Below, one piece after another: positions 61,991 through 62,353 of a DNA stretch of 62,353 bases (position 1 is the first letter of the stretch; the number at the start of each line of letters is the position of its first letter). Below the pieces are notes generated by a model, which worked only from the letters and a program-made list of their open reading frames with translations, made no database searches and was not told the DNA's origin. The DNA is from Chara braunii (Eukaryota; Plantae; Charophyceae), in NCBI GenBank assembly GCA_003427395.1, contig BFEA01000029.1:609447-671799 (forward strand), written 5' to 3'. A program made the position numbers and the translations under genes.

Positions 61991-62353
61991 AGCGTTATTT
62001 AGATTGTGCGCGGTGCGCAGCGTGGTGTGCTGGAGCCGACGATGACGACAACAAACCCAAAAGAACGAAGTCGTCGACGACGAGAATAGAAAAACAAAAA
62101 CAAAAACAGAAGACGAACGAGGTACAAGAGAAAATAAAGCGCGCCCAAATGGTGGCGACGCGTCGGGACGGAGAGTGATCGTTGGTTTTCTCATTCGACG
62201 TAAGCCTGGAAGGCTAAGCTTTCACCGCTATTGCACCTATTGTCCGATGTATCCGCCCTCCCGGCAAATGTGCCCGAGGCTGTTGTTTTGTTTTTTTTTG
62301 TCATGTTTTTTTTTTTATCGTTTTCAATTTTTTTTTTTTTTTTTTTTTTTTGG

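Overview
Eukaryotic, almost entirely transposon-derived window with several N gaps and many microsatellites. I can support no intact host gene. Repeat content and protein motifs suggest a charophyte alga such as Chara (inference). The centrepiece is a degenerate ~14.2 kb Ty3/Gypsy LTR retrotransposon on the minus strand (30595/30605-44760); a diverged relative contributes a 3' LTR at 11437-13897. This family is unusual in five ways: (i) ~2.47 kb LTRs carrying a conserved ~145-codon ORF; (ii) a PHD finger between RNase H and integrase; (iii) an extra ORF after integrase; (iv) no polypurine tract, replaced by a covarying hairpin, a copy of the LTR terminal 11-mer and the palindrome GTCACATATGTGAC; (v) a 5' LTR that lacks that 11-mer and runs straight into the tRNA-Met PBS. 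Also present are degenerate L1-type LINEs, two of which end in a covarying hairpin/pseudoknot found in ~17 copies and shared with non-autonomous repeats; type III hammerhead ribozymes in microsatellite-flanked segments (Penelope-like or retrozyme-like); a non-autonomous hAT element with an 8-bp TSD; and PIF/Harbinger remnants and Tourist MITEs. Alignments and folds were done by eye, and many boundaries are approximate.
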